A program made the translations under genes and the position numbers. This document shows, one piece after another, positions 12,692 through 23,649 of a DNA stretch of 64,000 nt. Source of the DNA: Cyanophora paradoxa CCMP329 (Eukaryota > Plantae > Glaucophyta); assembly GCA_004431415.1 (NCBI GenBank), contig QPMI01000520.1:372001-436000 (forward strand). The letters run 5' to 3'. The notes under the pieces are model-generated. The model made no database searches. It had not been told where the DNA came from and was given only the letters and a program-made list of their open reading frames with translations. The first letter of the stretch is position 1; each line of letters starts with the position of its first letter.

Positions 12692-14061
12692 GCCTCTGCG
12701 GTTAACTTGCTGCGCGGCGAGGACAGGGCCTCCTCGGCTTCCTCCCTTCCGATCCGCTCGCCTCGTGCGAGTTTCCTGGGCCGCCGGCCCGAAGTTGGAC
12801 CTTGCCCCCTGGGCGCTCCACGCTGGAGTCGTGCCGGCACCTGCCGGGCGACAGTCTTTTCGATTCCCGGCAGTTGCCGGACATGGATGGGCTCGGCGTC
12901 TTTTCGATTCCCGGCAGTAGCCGGTGACGCCGAGCGTGAGTGGCTCCCCCGCGGTGGCCGGCGCCGCCTCCCCGCGCCGCCTCTCCCTCGACTCCCCCGC
13001 CCCCCCCGCCGGCTTCCGGTAGCCCCGCGCCCTCTCTCGCCCCGCGCGGCTGCGGCGCTCACCCGCGGGGCAGGCTGAGCGCGACGCGGCCGGCCTCCGC
13101 TTTCAGCCCCGACCTGGCGCCCCTCCTCCACGGCACCTACGCCACCGTCCGCCCCGCCCCGCCCCGCCGCCGCCGCCCGGGCGCCTCTGAGGGGCGGGGC
13201 GGGGCGGGCAGCTCTCGGCGCGGGCAGCGAACTTCGAGGCGTTCCCGGCGTGGGCCCGAGTGGACGGCGCCGTCGTCGCCTCCGTCGAGGTCGCCTACTT
13301 CCCTTAGGCTTAGGCCCCCAGGAGAGGCCCCCGACCCCGCCTCCACGCAGCCGCCCGGCGGCCCCCGTGCCGTCCCTCCCCAGCCTGGCAGGGCCCCTCC
13401 GCCCCCGGCTGCGAGCCTCGCTGCCCCTCTCCCTGTCGCCCCTAGGCCTGTAACATTGCCGCTTTTTCCAGCGCACCAATCCGGATCCAAAAGCTCCTAC
13501 TCGATCTGTACGCAGTACACTTGTATACGTAAACACCGTGGCACATATAAGCATACACAAGACCGTGCGCATGCATGGGCCAGACCGTCGGACCAATTGC
13601 AAGGCCTCGCAATTGCATGACGTTCTCCGGGGAATCGGCGGGCATCCACATTCAAACTGCGCATGCGCGTATGCGCGCACGCCTATGATCAGCTGCAGCT
13701 AGCCAGCGTGCGCCGGGATCGCGCGTATGCGCGCACGCCTATGATCAGCTGCAGCTAGCCAGCGTGCGCCGGGATCGCGAACGTTGGGTCGTGGGCGCCC
13801 GGGCCGGCCTCTGCGGTTAACTTGCTGCGCGGCGAGGACAGGGCCTCCTCGGCTTCCTCCCTTCCGATCCGCTCGCCTCGTGCGAGTTTCCTGGGCCGCC
13901 GGCCCGAAGTTGGACCTTGCCCCCTGGGCGCTCCACGCTGGAGTCGTGCCGGCACCTGCCGGGCGACAGTCTTTTCGATTCCCGGCAGTTGCCGGACATG
14001 GATGGGCTCGGCGTCTTTTCGATTCCCGGCAGTAGCCGGTGACGCCGAGCGTGAGTGGCTC
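12692..14061. repeat. 255-bp direct repeat (12692-12946 and 13807-14061); the spacer contains a ~56-bp tandem duplication (~13665-13779)
   Basis: Both copies run from gcctctgcggttaac to gtgagtggctc and look identical. Each contains gtcttttcgattcccggcagt twice. Confidence 0.9.
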
Positions 14062-14663
14062 GGAGCCTTTTTTGAGTGGCTCGGAACCTTCCTGCGCTGT
14101 TGCGGCTCCGAAAAGCGGATTTTGGGGGTGCGCAGGCCCTGCTATGTCTATGCGCGCCAGTACGCATCGATTGCGCGCGTCGCGAGACCGGGCGGAACCG
14201 GCCGGATCAAATTTTCGGCCGACTCTTCGCACTGGAGCGTCGACGGCGCCCGAAATCGAGTTTGCGGCGATGCGCTCGCCCTCGCGCGTCATTCTGTATC
14301 GTTCTGGGGCGTCCGTGGCGCGGTTTCGTCGCGGGACCGGGCGGGACCGGATCCCACCTTCTGAGTCGGACTGCGTTTGTCGGAGGTTAAGTACTGGAAT
14401 TGATCCAGAGGGAAATTCGATATTCGCGCGACGCCCACGGGAGAGCGGTCGTCTTAGGGGAGTCAGGACGCTAAAAATGGATCTAGAGAGGTCTGTGGGG
14501 GTTGGAGTAGCTGTGTTATTTGCGGCAATCGCGTCCGTGTCGAGGGAGAATTAATAATTCTGGCTTGAGGAGTGTCGATACGGAAATTATTTAGCAGGGG
14601 GGATCTCGAGTGGAAAAAAAGGTTAAAAAAGGAATTTGGACCCGTTCGTTTTTGGTTTTGAGA
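14062..14663. mobile_element. Non-autonomous repeat family, copy 1 (terminal ~600-bp module only)
   Basis: Shares ggctccgaaaagcggatt...gaattaataattc...ggaaaaaaaggttaaaaaaggaattt...ggttttgag with copies 2 and 3. Confidence 0.75.
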
Positions 14664-14989
14664 CAAGATCTGTGCTCCTGCGGAGCACTAAGTACGGCGA
14701 AGCCTCGCGGACGCCCTCGCGGCTGTCATAGTAGGCCTAGCTATATATAGGGCACTGGGTGCCACTGGCCAGCGGGTGGCAGCGGCACGGCCGATCGCGA
14801 ACAGCTGTCTGGCTGGCCAGCTGCAGCCCAACTAGTACTGGCCGGGCCCGGCCCAGTGCATGGGCCAGTCCAGCTAGCGCTGCATGGCCGGCCAGAGAGA
14901 AATATTAATGTACTGAGGAAATAAAGCGAATATATTATTAGGGGAGTGGTTGGACTGGCTTTTAACTGGTGGAGCAGATTGAGAGGAGA

Positions 14990-16736
14990 TTAATTATATA
15001 ATTATATAATATTGTTCGGAGGGAGGCCGGGATCCCCGGAGGGCAAGGTTCTCGCGGCCAGGCGCATGCACAGAGCTTGGGAATCGCTTAAACAGACCCT
15101 CGAATGCATATAGGCCGCCCGCAAAGACGTGCAGGCGTGGCGAGGATCGAATTTTTGCGTCGGCTGGGTTCTCGCGCCCTGTCGCGCCCACAGAGCTCGC
15201 GGAAAGCATTTAAAACATCTCAAATGAATATACTAGCGATTCTCGTGCGTGAGGATGCGAGGGCGCGCGGAAAGATGTGCAGGTCCGTCAAGGATCGAAT
15301 TTTGAGGGTCGGCTGGGTCCTCGCGGCCCGGCACATCTGTAAAGCGTGCGGAACGCTTCATCTACATCTCAGATGCTTATGCTATTGTTCCGCGCATGCG
15401 CCGCGGCGTGGGCGCGCGGAAAGATGTCCGGGTCCGTGCAGGATCGAATTTTTGCCGTCGACTGGGTTCTCGTGCTCTTTCGCGTCTTCGAAGCTTGTGG
15501 AAGGCTTTGATAAAATCCCAAATGAATATAGTAGCGATTCTCATGCGTGAGGATGCGACGGCGCGCGGAAAGACGTGCAGGTCCGTCCAGGATCGAATTT
15601 TCGGGGTCGGCTGGGTCCTCGCGGCCCGGCGCATCTGTAAAGCGTGCGGAATGCTTCTTCTAGATCTTAAATGCTTATGCTATTCTTCCGCGCATGCGCC
15701 GCGGCGTGGGCGCGCGGAAAGATGTCCGGGGCCGTGCAGGATCGAATTTTTGGCGTCGGGTACCTTCCTGCGCTCTTCCGGCTCCGAAAAGCGGATTTCG
15801 GGGGTGCGCAGGCGCTGCTATGTCTATGCGCGCTAGTACGCATCGATTGCGCGCGTCGCGGGACCGGCCGGAACCGGCCGGATCAAATTTTCGGCCGACT
15901 CTTCGCACTGGAGCGTCGACGGCGCGCGAAATCGAGCTTGCGGCGATGCGCTCGCCCTCGCGCGTCATTCTGTATCGTTCTGGGGCGTCCCTGGCGCGAT
16001 TTCGTCGCGGGACCGGGCGGGACCGGGTCCCACCTTCTGACTCGGACTGCGTTTGTCGGAGGTTAAGTACCGGAATTGATCCAGACTTCCGCGCATGCGC
16101 CGCGGCGTGGGCGCGCGGAAAGATGTCCGGGGCCGTGCAGGATCGAATTTTTGGCGTCGGGTACCTTCCTGCGCTCTTCCGGCTCCGAAAAGCGGATTTC
16201 GGGGGTGCGCAGGCGCTGCTATGTCTATGCGCGCTAGTACGCATCGATTGCGCGCGTCGCGGGACCGGCCGGAACCGGCCGGATCAAATTTTCGGCCGAC
16301 TCTTCGCACTGGAGCGTCGACGGCGCGCGAAATCGAGCTTGCGGCGATGCGCTCGCCCTCGCGCGTCATTCTGTATCGTTCTGGGGCGTCCCTGGCGCGA
16401 TTTCGTCGCGGGACCGGGCGGGACCGGGTCCCACCTTCTGACTCGGACTGCGTTTGTCGGAGGTTAAGTACCGGAATTGATCCAGAGGGAAATTCGATAT
16501 TCGCGGGACGCCCACGGGGAGCGGTCGTCTTAGGGAAGCCAGGACGCTAAAAATGGATCTAGAGAGGTCTGTGGGGGTTAGGGTAGCTGAGTCATTAGCG
16601 GCAATCGCGTCCGTGTCGAGGCAGAATTAATAATTCTGCCTCGAGGGAGTGCGACACGGAAATTATTTAGCAGGGGGGATCTCGAGTGGAAAAAAAGGTT
16701 AAAAAAGGAATTTATATCGGCGGTTTTTGGGTTTGG
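14990..16736. mobile_element. Non-autonomous repeat family, copy 2: ~149-bp internal tandem units and a 401-bp tandem duplication (15685-16085, 16086-16486)
   Basis: gatcgaattt core at 15145, 15293, 15442, 15591 and 15740. AT-rich left end. Subterminal palindrome at 16616-16644. Confidence 0.8.
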
Positions 16737-17840
16737 CGGCCATGCCAGGCGAGCTGTCTTCGAGGCCTACGCGAGCTCGAGCTCGAGGCTAGGCCAGATC
16801 TATATAGCTAGAGGTAGGTCGCGGGCCCCGGGCGCCGGGCCCGGGCCGCGGATGGCCATAGCTCGAGCTCATGCATGCGCATATATATATGATCACAAAT
16901 CGAACCTTATGTGCCTGCACGTGCACTTGACTCGGGGAGGCGCGCGGCCGAGGCTTGCAATTGCCTTGGAGGCTGGCCTCCGCGCGCGCGCGATCTGCAT
17001 GCGCATGCGCGGGCAAAGCGCGCGCGATCTGCATGCGCGCGCGCGGTTGGAGCGGCTGTGGCGTGCGCGGCTGGCGCGCGCGGCTAGCGACATGTACAGC
17101 TGCAGCAGACTGCCAAGCGCTGAGAGCGCTATCCGATCATCGGATCGCGAGCTGTGCGGGAGTGAGCTCGAGAACTTCGGAAAGCGGCCGGGCGGGGCCG
17201 GCGGCGCGGGTGTAGGAAGTGGCAGGGGGGGCGCGGGCAGCGACCGTCGGACTTGTTGCAACTAGCACGGCCGGTCGTGGCCATGAGCGCACGGCCGGCG
17301 TGGCCCGCTTGCGCGCGTGGCCGGTGTGCGCGGCTGGCGCGGCTAGCTAGAGCAACTGCCACGCGCGCGAGAGAGGCGTGACAGTTGGAGCCGCGGCCGG
17401 CGCCGAGCTGAAGAGGAAGCGCTGGGGGGAGGGAGAAAGCGGCCGGGGGGTACTTTAAGAGGTTTCGCAGGGTAAGTTAACGCACTCTCCAATGTGATTG
17501 GCTAGCGCACGCGGCGTCCTCCTACGCGACCGCGCACGCGCCCGGCCTCGCTCCCGCAGAACGGAATGTCGGGCATGATACGGGCAACAACCTCGAACTG
17601 GTCTGACTCGTACATCTGCTCCCTGTGCGTTGCTGGACCCGTTTTTGTCCCGGGTGTTGGTGCCTGTTCCTGGATCACCCTTTGGTCGGACGGGACCGGG
17701 AGACATGGTTTCGGGATCCCCTTGTGATGGGCTTTCAGGATATACCGCGCGGCCCGGGTTTTGCGGAGGTCGGGGAAATGGGATTTGGGGTAGGGTTGGG
17801 CCCGAGGGACAGGGACAGGGGAAGTGATTTTCCCTTCCCC

Positions 17841-17864
17841 AATTAATTTAATATTAATATATTG

Positions 17865-17895
<31 letters not shown>

Positions 17896-19183
17896 GCGGG
17901 GTTCTCGCAGCCAGGCGCATGCGCGCGCAGAGCTTGGAAATCGCGTAAACAGAATCTCGAATGCATATATATGGGCTGCGGAGGCAAGGGCGCGAGGAAA
18001 GACGCGTACGTGCAGGTCCATGCAGGATCGAATTTTCAGGGTCGGCTGGATTCTCGCGCCCTGTCGCGTCTTCGGAGCTCGGGAAAAGCTTAACAAAGAT
18101 ATCAAATTACTATTTTAGCGATGTTCAGGTCTGAAGACGATCGAATTTCCGGGGTCGGCTGGGTCCTTGCGGCCCGGCAGATCTGTAAAGCGTGCGAAAC
18201 GCTTGATCTACATCTCAGATGCTTATGCTATTATTCCGCGCATGCGCCGCGGCGTGGGCGCGCGGAAAGATGTCCGGGTCCGTGCAGGATCGAATTTTTG
18301 CCGTCGGCTGGGTTCTCGTGCTCTTTCGCGTCTTCGAAGCTTGTGGAAGGCTTTGATAAAATCTCAAATGAATATACCAGCGATGCGGCCCGCGTGAGGA
18401 TGCGAGGGCGCGCGGAAAGTTGTGCAGGTCCGTCCAGGATCGAATTTTCGGGGTGGGCTGGGTCCTCGCGGCCCGGCGCATACGCAAAGCGTGCGGAAGG
18501 CTTCTTCTACATCTCAAATGCTTATACTATTGCTCCGCGCATGCGCCGCGGCGTTGGCGCGCGGAAAGATGTCCAGGCCTGTGAAGGATCGAATTTTTGA
18601 TGTCCGGTACCTTCTTGCGCTATTCCGGCTCCGAAAAGCGGATTTCGGGGGTGCGGAGGCGCTGCTATGTCTATGCGCGCTAGTACGCATCGATTGCGCG
18701 CGTCGCGGGACCGGGCGGAACCGGCCGGATCAAATTTCGGCCGACTGTTCGCACTGGAGCGCCGACGGCGCTTGAAATCGAGCTTGCGGCGATGCGCTCG
18801 CCGTCGCGCGTCATTCTGTATCGTTCTGGGGTCTCTCTGGCGCGATTTCGTCGCGGGACCGGGCGGGACCGGGTCCCACCTTCTGACTCGGACTGCATTT
18901 GTCGGAGGTTAAGTACCGGAATTGATCCAGAGGGAAATTCGATTTCGCGCGACGCCCACGGGCGAGCGGTCGTCTTAGGGGAGCCAGGACGCTAAAAATG
19001 GATCTAGAGGGGTCTGTGGGGGTTCGGGCAACTGTGTAATGTCCATTAATCGCGTCCGTGTCGAGGCAGAATTAATAATTCTGCCTCGAGGGAGTGTGAC
19101 ACGGAAATTATTTAGCAGGGGGGATCTTGAGTGGAAAAAAAGGTTAAAAAAGGAATTTCGCTCGGCGGTTTTTGGTTTTGAGA
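17841..19183. mobile_element. Non-autonomous repeat family, copy 3 (more diverged), followed by a 16-bp unit x3 (19182-19231)
   Basis: Same AT-rich left end (…tattgtt). gatcgaattt cores at 18026, 18139, 18288, 18438 and 18587. Same terminal module. Followed by (gaaagaggcttcgcct)x3. Confidence 0.8.
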
Positions 19184-19918
19184 AAGAGGCTTCGCCTGAA
19201 AGAGGCTTCGCCTGAAAGAGGCTTCGCCTGACGTTATTTAAACGTTAACATTAATATTCACAAAACGGCTTACCATATATATATCGATATCACGGGCCGC
19301 GCCGGCGCTGGCCGGGCGCGGCGGGATGCCACTGTCATGCCAGACATTGCCACTAGTACTGAATTTGCCAGTGCATCATGTCACGTGCACTGTGTCGACT
19401 CGACGTGTCACGTGCAGTGTTGCTGAAATTTTATTATCCCAAAATGCCCTGTAAATTTTCAGTAAACTTTCGAAAACTTTCAGCAAACTTGAAATATTTT
19501 CACCCATTCGAAGTTTACTTGCACAGCGAAAGTGACACGTTTCTCTGCAGAGAAGCCTCTAGACACGAGCGATATGCGTTAGGATGTCATCGACAACCTT
19601 TGTATTACAAGTGCACGATGTGCATGCAGATGTATCTTTGCCGTTCTTTTCACGTTGAGGAGGCCTAGGGGGGTACGGTACGGTTCCTGAGAAAGTGCAT
19701 ACTCTGGTCTCTTAACACCAGCAGAGACCGCCAGAATGTGTCCAGGCCTCCATAGTCTCGTATTTCGACGGATTTGACCCTCGTTTATGGCGTGAAACGC
19801 CCCCAGAATGGCCTCTTCAAGAGTACCCCCCTCGAGTCGACTCGAGTCGGACTCGGACTCGGTGCACCCGGCTCCTAAGTACAGCCTGAGTACACTGCGT
19901 CAAGTACTAGTACTACTA

Positions 19919-20148
19919 CCGTGTAATACTTCATTACCGCGCTGACATAACTACTGCGCTACCATATTACTGCGCTCAAAATTCTTAGAACGCAGTAATT
20001 TGGTAGCGCAGTATTACCCCCTTTGCTAACAAATAATGCATTTTCGAGGCCGATGGAACGCAGTAATTTGGTAGCGCAGTAAAGCGCCTACCGGCGCAGA
20101 AAATTTGGAACGCAGTAATTTGTGGCGCAGTAAATAAGTATTACACGG
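19919..20148. mobile_element. 230-bp Tc1/mariner-type MITE
   Basis: TIR ccgtgtaatactt / aagtattacacgg, flanked by TA on both sides (19917-18 and 20149-50). Internal direct and inverted copies of gaacgcagtaatttggtagcgcagta. Confidence 0.8.
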
Positions 20149-21276
20149 TACTGTACTAGTTACGTTTACTAAAGTTACTGTTAGGCCTGCTGCTTGGGGT
20201 CGTATTTTCGGTTTAAATTCAAGTTCCCCGCGGGTGTTTCGAATTCCCAGGCACAAGTTAGTGCATTCTACCCGCTAGCGTGCCGGCTAGTAGCGGCGGC
20301 TACAAGGTCCTGCAGCGCGCCTAGCCGTCGTGCATCGGGTGAAAAGGTATCATCCGGGTATCCCGATTCCCGCCGGGCCGATCGCCGGCTACCGGCCGCG
20401 GGCAAGTCAAGTCGATTTGGAAAAAAACGAGCTGTGTTTGCGTGTGATATATATATCGTATACACCGTCGCAGTAGTTTTATTTTGCCGAAAATTGCCGA
20501 GAGGCCGAACTTCGCAATTTGTATAATAATTACTATGATTAGCGTCGGCAGTGTTGGCGGGGGGTAAGAAGTTCCTTGGGCCACTATATAATATGTAGAG
20601 CGAACTTCGCGTCGACGTCTATATCTGAGATAGAGGAGTGTTGAATACTAGTATTACCAAAGACCCCGCTGGGGTCCCCAGTGACTCCCCACTGGTAACG
20701 TTTTGCATAGGCGAATTCGATCGGCAATTTTATTATACGTGGCAATTTAATTAAGCCGGCGCCGTCCTACAGTATATATATATGTCCATGTCTGCGGCCT
20801 GCAGCTGCGCGCGGAATTCCGAAGCTTAACTTAGTAAGACTGCCGCAGTACTAGTGCATGCGCCGGCTCCGGGCCTCCGGCGTTCTTTTTTTCTCAGATG
20901 CCAATGGCCGGATCGATGGGGCCGTCAACGTTGTTACAATTTGCCAAGTTGGATATATATATAACTGCCGAGGTCGAGTTCTCTTAGTACAGCAGCGGGG
21001 GTACACATATGTATACCGGCGCCACGCTACCCTGGATGAGCAGAAGTACTGTTTTTTTCCGCAAACAGCAGCCGGCTCTAGCTCTGCGAGCTCGAGCAGC
21101 TTGCAGGCACTCCGTTAGTGCCGCGCGGTATACGTAGGGCTTCAGTAGCTAGTCGTATATCTTAGCGCGCCTCCGCCGAAGCGGCCTTTTTCAATCGTCG
21201 GACCGTCTGGAACGTCGGCCCGCGCGCGCGCGAGTTATACCGGCGGCACCGCGCCGCGCCCGACCGGTATTTTCTC

Positions 21277-23054
21277 ATGGCCTCCTCCAACATGTCCATT
21301 CCACCCGAAGTGTTGCTCTTCCTTTCCCCGGTGAGCCGCGCCGAGCCACGTTTGACCGCAACCGCGACTAGTCACCGGCGCGGTGGACGGGGGGTCGGAC
21401 GCGCGCAATGCCCGTCGGCTTCGCATGCTCTGGACCTTCTTTTTTTAACAAACAGCGCGCGCGCGCGGCTCAGATGGCGATGCAGCCGGTGGCGCCTGCT
21501 CTCGATGTTGAGGCGCCGGCGGTCACATGGGACGACTGCCTCAGCGAGTCCATGATATCTCCGCGCAGCGTCTCCAGCTTCCAGTCCAGCGCCCTCACGA
21601 CTTCCGACCAGTCAGGTCCTTCTTCGCCCTGTCTTTCAGCCGACGTCGCGACCCCGATGAGCGAGGCGGATACTCTTGTCGATGAAGAGAACCTCCACGA
21701 GAGCTTCTTTGTGGAGCCCGAGCACGAGGCCGTGGCCGTGACATGGCAAGCGCCGCGTGTCGAGGGTTCGCCGTGTTCTGGTTGTTGCGTTCCTTTGCTC
21801 TTTGATGACCCTTCTTTCCAGATTTGATGCTTCCCATCGATTTGGAGGCGAACCTGCACGAGGAAGCGGACCACCCGGCGCCCAAGCGGAGGAAGGTGCG
21901 GCCAATCGAACTTGGCACGTTTCGGGAAGCTAACTCGTCTCAGATTGACCTGGATGAGACGCTTATCGAGAACGAGGAGCCTCTGAGCCCCGAGTACGAC
22001 GAGGAGGTCCTCGCGGAGGCGCCAGCGTTCGCCCCCTTCGCCGAGACGTCCGAGGAGGAGGTGCGCCTGCCTTTCCGAGCGCATCTGTCTGTGCCTGATC
22101 GTCCTGTAGCACTTGGAGAAGTTGGGACAGCTGCGCGCGGACATCGGGAAGCTCGATGCCGCGGCCGCGGCCGTCTTCAGGGAAGCATTCTACAGGATGG
22201 CCGCCGCCTCCGAGCCGGCCGACGGCGCCGCGCCGCTCCCTGCCGAGCTCGAGATTCAAGTGAACGCAGCCGTCGCGGTCCAAAATGCGGCCGGGCGCCG
22301 CCGCAAGGGCTCCGCCTTCGCTCAAAAGTGCGCCGCGCCGACGCCGGCGGCGCCGCTGTGCGCCGCCGCGTACGAGGCGGCGGGGCGCAGGGCTTCGGAG
22401 GAGATGGGAAACAGTTTCGAGCGGATGGACCGCCTCGTCCTCCGCCTCGCGTACCTCGTCGACACCGAGAACCCGCCCGCCTTCGTGCCCCCGGCCCCTC
22501 GTCCGCCCGCCCCGCCCCCGCCTCCACGCCTGGTCTCACCCCGCGCGCCCGCAGCCGCCGAGGCCTCGCCCCCGCCGCAACCGGCCGCTCCGCCGGCAGA
22601 GGCAGCCGCTCAGCAGATCGCCGGCGGGCAGCAGCCGGCGCAAAAGAAGCGCGTCTTCTTCAGCGAGGCGCAGACGGCAAAGCTGAACCACTATTTTGAG
22701 GCCTCGGTCCACTCCGGGAACAAGGTGAACCCGCAAAACAAACGGCAGCGGCGGAGGCGTCGGCGCCTGGCTGACGGGCGGCGGCAGGTGACCCCGCAGG
22801 AGATCTCGGCGATCGCTCTCGACGTGGGCATCACCGAGCACCAAGTCCGCATCTACTTTCAGAACAAGCGCGCCCGCAGCCGCGGCAAGCCCTCCTCTTC
22901 CTCGCGCCCTCACTCGGCCGCCTCCTCGCCCTGCTCCTCGGCCGCCTCCTCGCCTCTACCGGCCGCCTTCGCCCTGCGCAGCCCCGCCGGCGCCTTCTCT
23001 GGCCCCACCCTCGCCGCGTCCGCCTTCCGCGCAGTCCCCGTCCGGAGTGCCTGA
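21277..23054 (+). CDS. Homeodomain transcription factor with LNK-like motifs (5 exons)
   Basis: Spliced homeodomain KKRVFFSEAQTAKLNHYF...EISAIALDVGITEHQVRIYFQNKRAR. Upstream motifs QLRADIGKLD...FREAFYRMA and ERMDRLVLRLAY. Four GT-AG introns keep the frame. Confidence 0.8.
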
Positions 23055-23649
23055 CCGCAGCCTCTGGTGGGTCCCTGTCGGGATCGACGACCACCACGAC
23101 CTTTCAATTTTCAATCCACCCGCCATACCGCGGGTTGATCTTTGCATCTCATCATTTATCAATCTCTGCAGTGGAATGCTCTAGCTTCCAATCTCTCTAG
23201 CTTCGGGCCCTTCGTTGGCCCCTTAGGAAACGGCAGTCATCAGGCTCCCTCTCGTGTGGAGTGGAGCGACAGTTTTGGTCCTCGTATTTCACGAGCGGCG
23301 TCCGGGCTTCGTCCCGCTTTATCAGTTTCTAAAGGTTAAGATCAGGTAGTAGAGATCAGATGGACCCGTAGTTGTAGATTTCTGTAGTTGTAGACTAGGT
23401 ACCGATCAGTTGCCCTGGGTGGTCTGAGAGACACTTGAGTTGTGGCTGGTGTGTCCACGTAACTTATATAATGCGCCCTTTCTGTAGTTGCTGAGCTCAG
23501 CAAGGATATGTATTTTGTATGTAGCCCCCTGCATACCCCAGTAAATGAATGCACATGAATGCACATGATCAGTGGATCCAGTCTGCACTGCGCTGGGGAC
23601 CAGAGCTCCGAGGCACTAGATCTTGAGGGCCCTGGGCTTCAAGGCTTGG

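Noticed and set aside
17455-17706. Transposase remnant on the minus strand
   Set aside because: The ORFs are short and have no recognisable catalytic motif.
17867-17897. Poly-G tract (similar runs at ~24290-24350 and ~54355-54415) as functional G-quadruplexes
   Set aside because: Homopolymer lengths are unreliable in this assembly and there is no independent support.
14990-19183. CRISPR array, rRNA or hammerhead retrozyme
   Set aside because: The units are wholly repeated with no unique spacers. I found no rRNA similarity and no hammerhead core (CTGANGA...GAAA).
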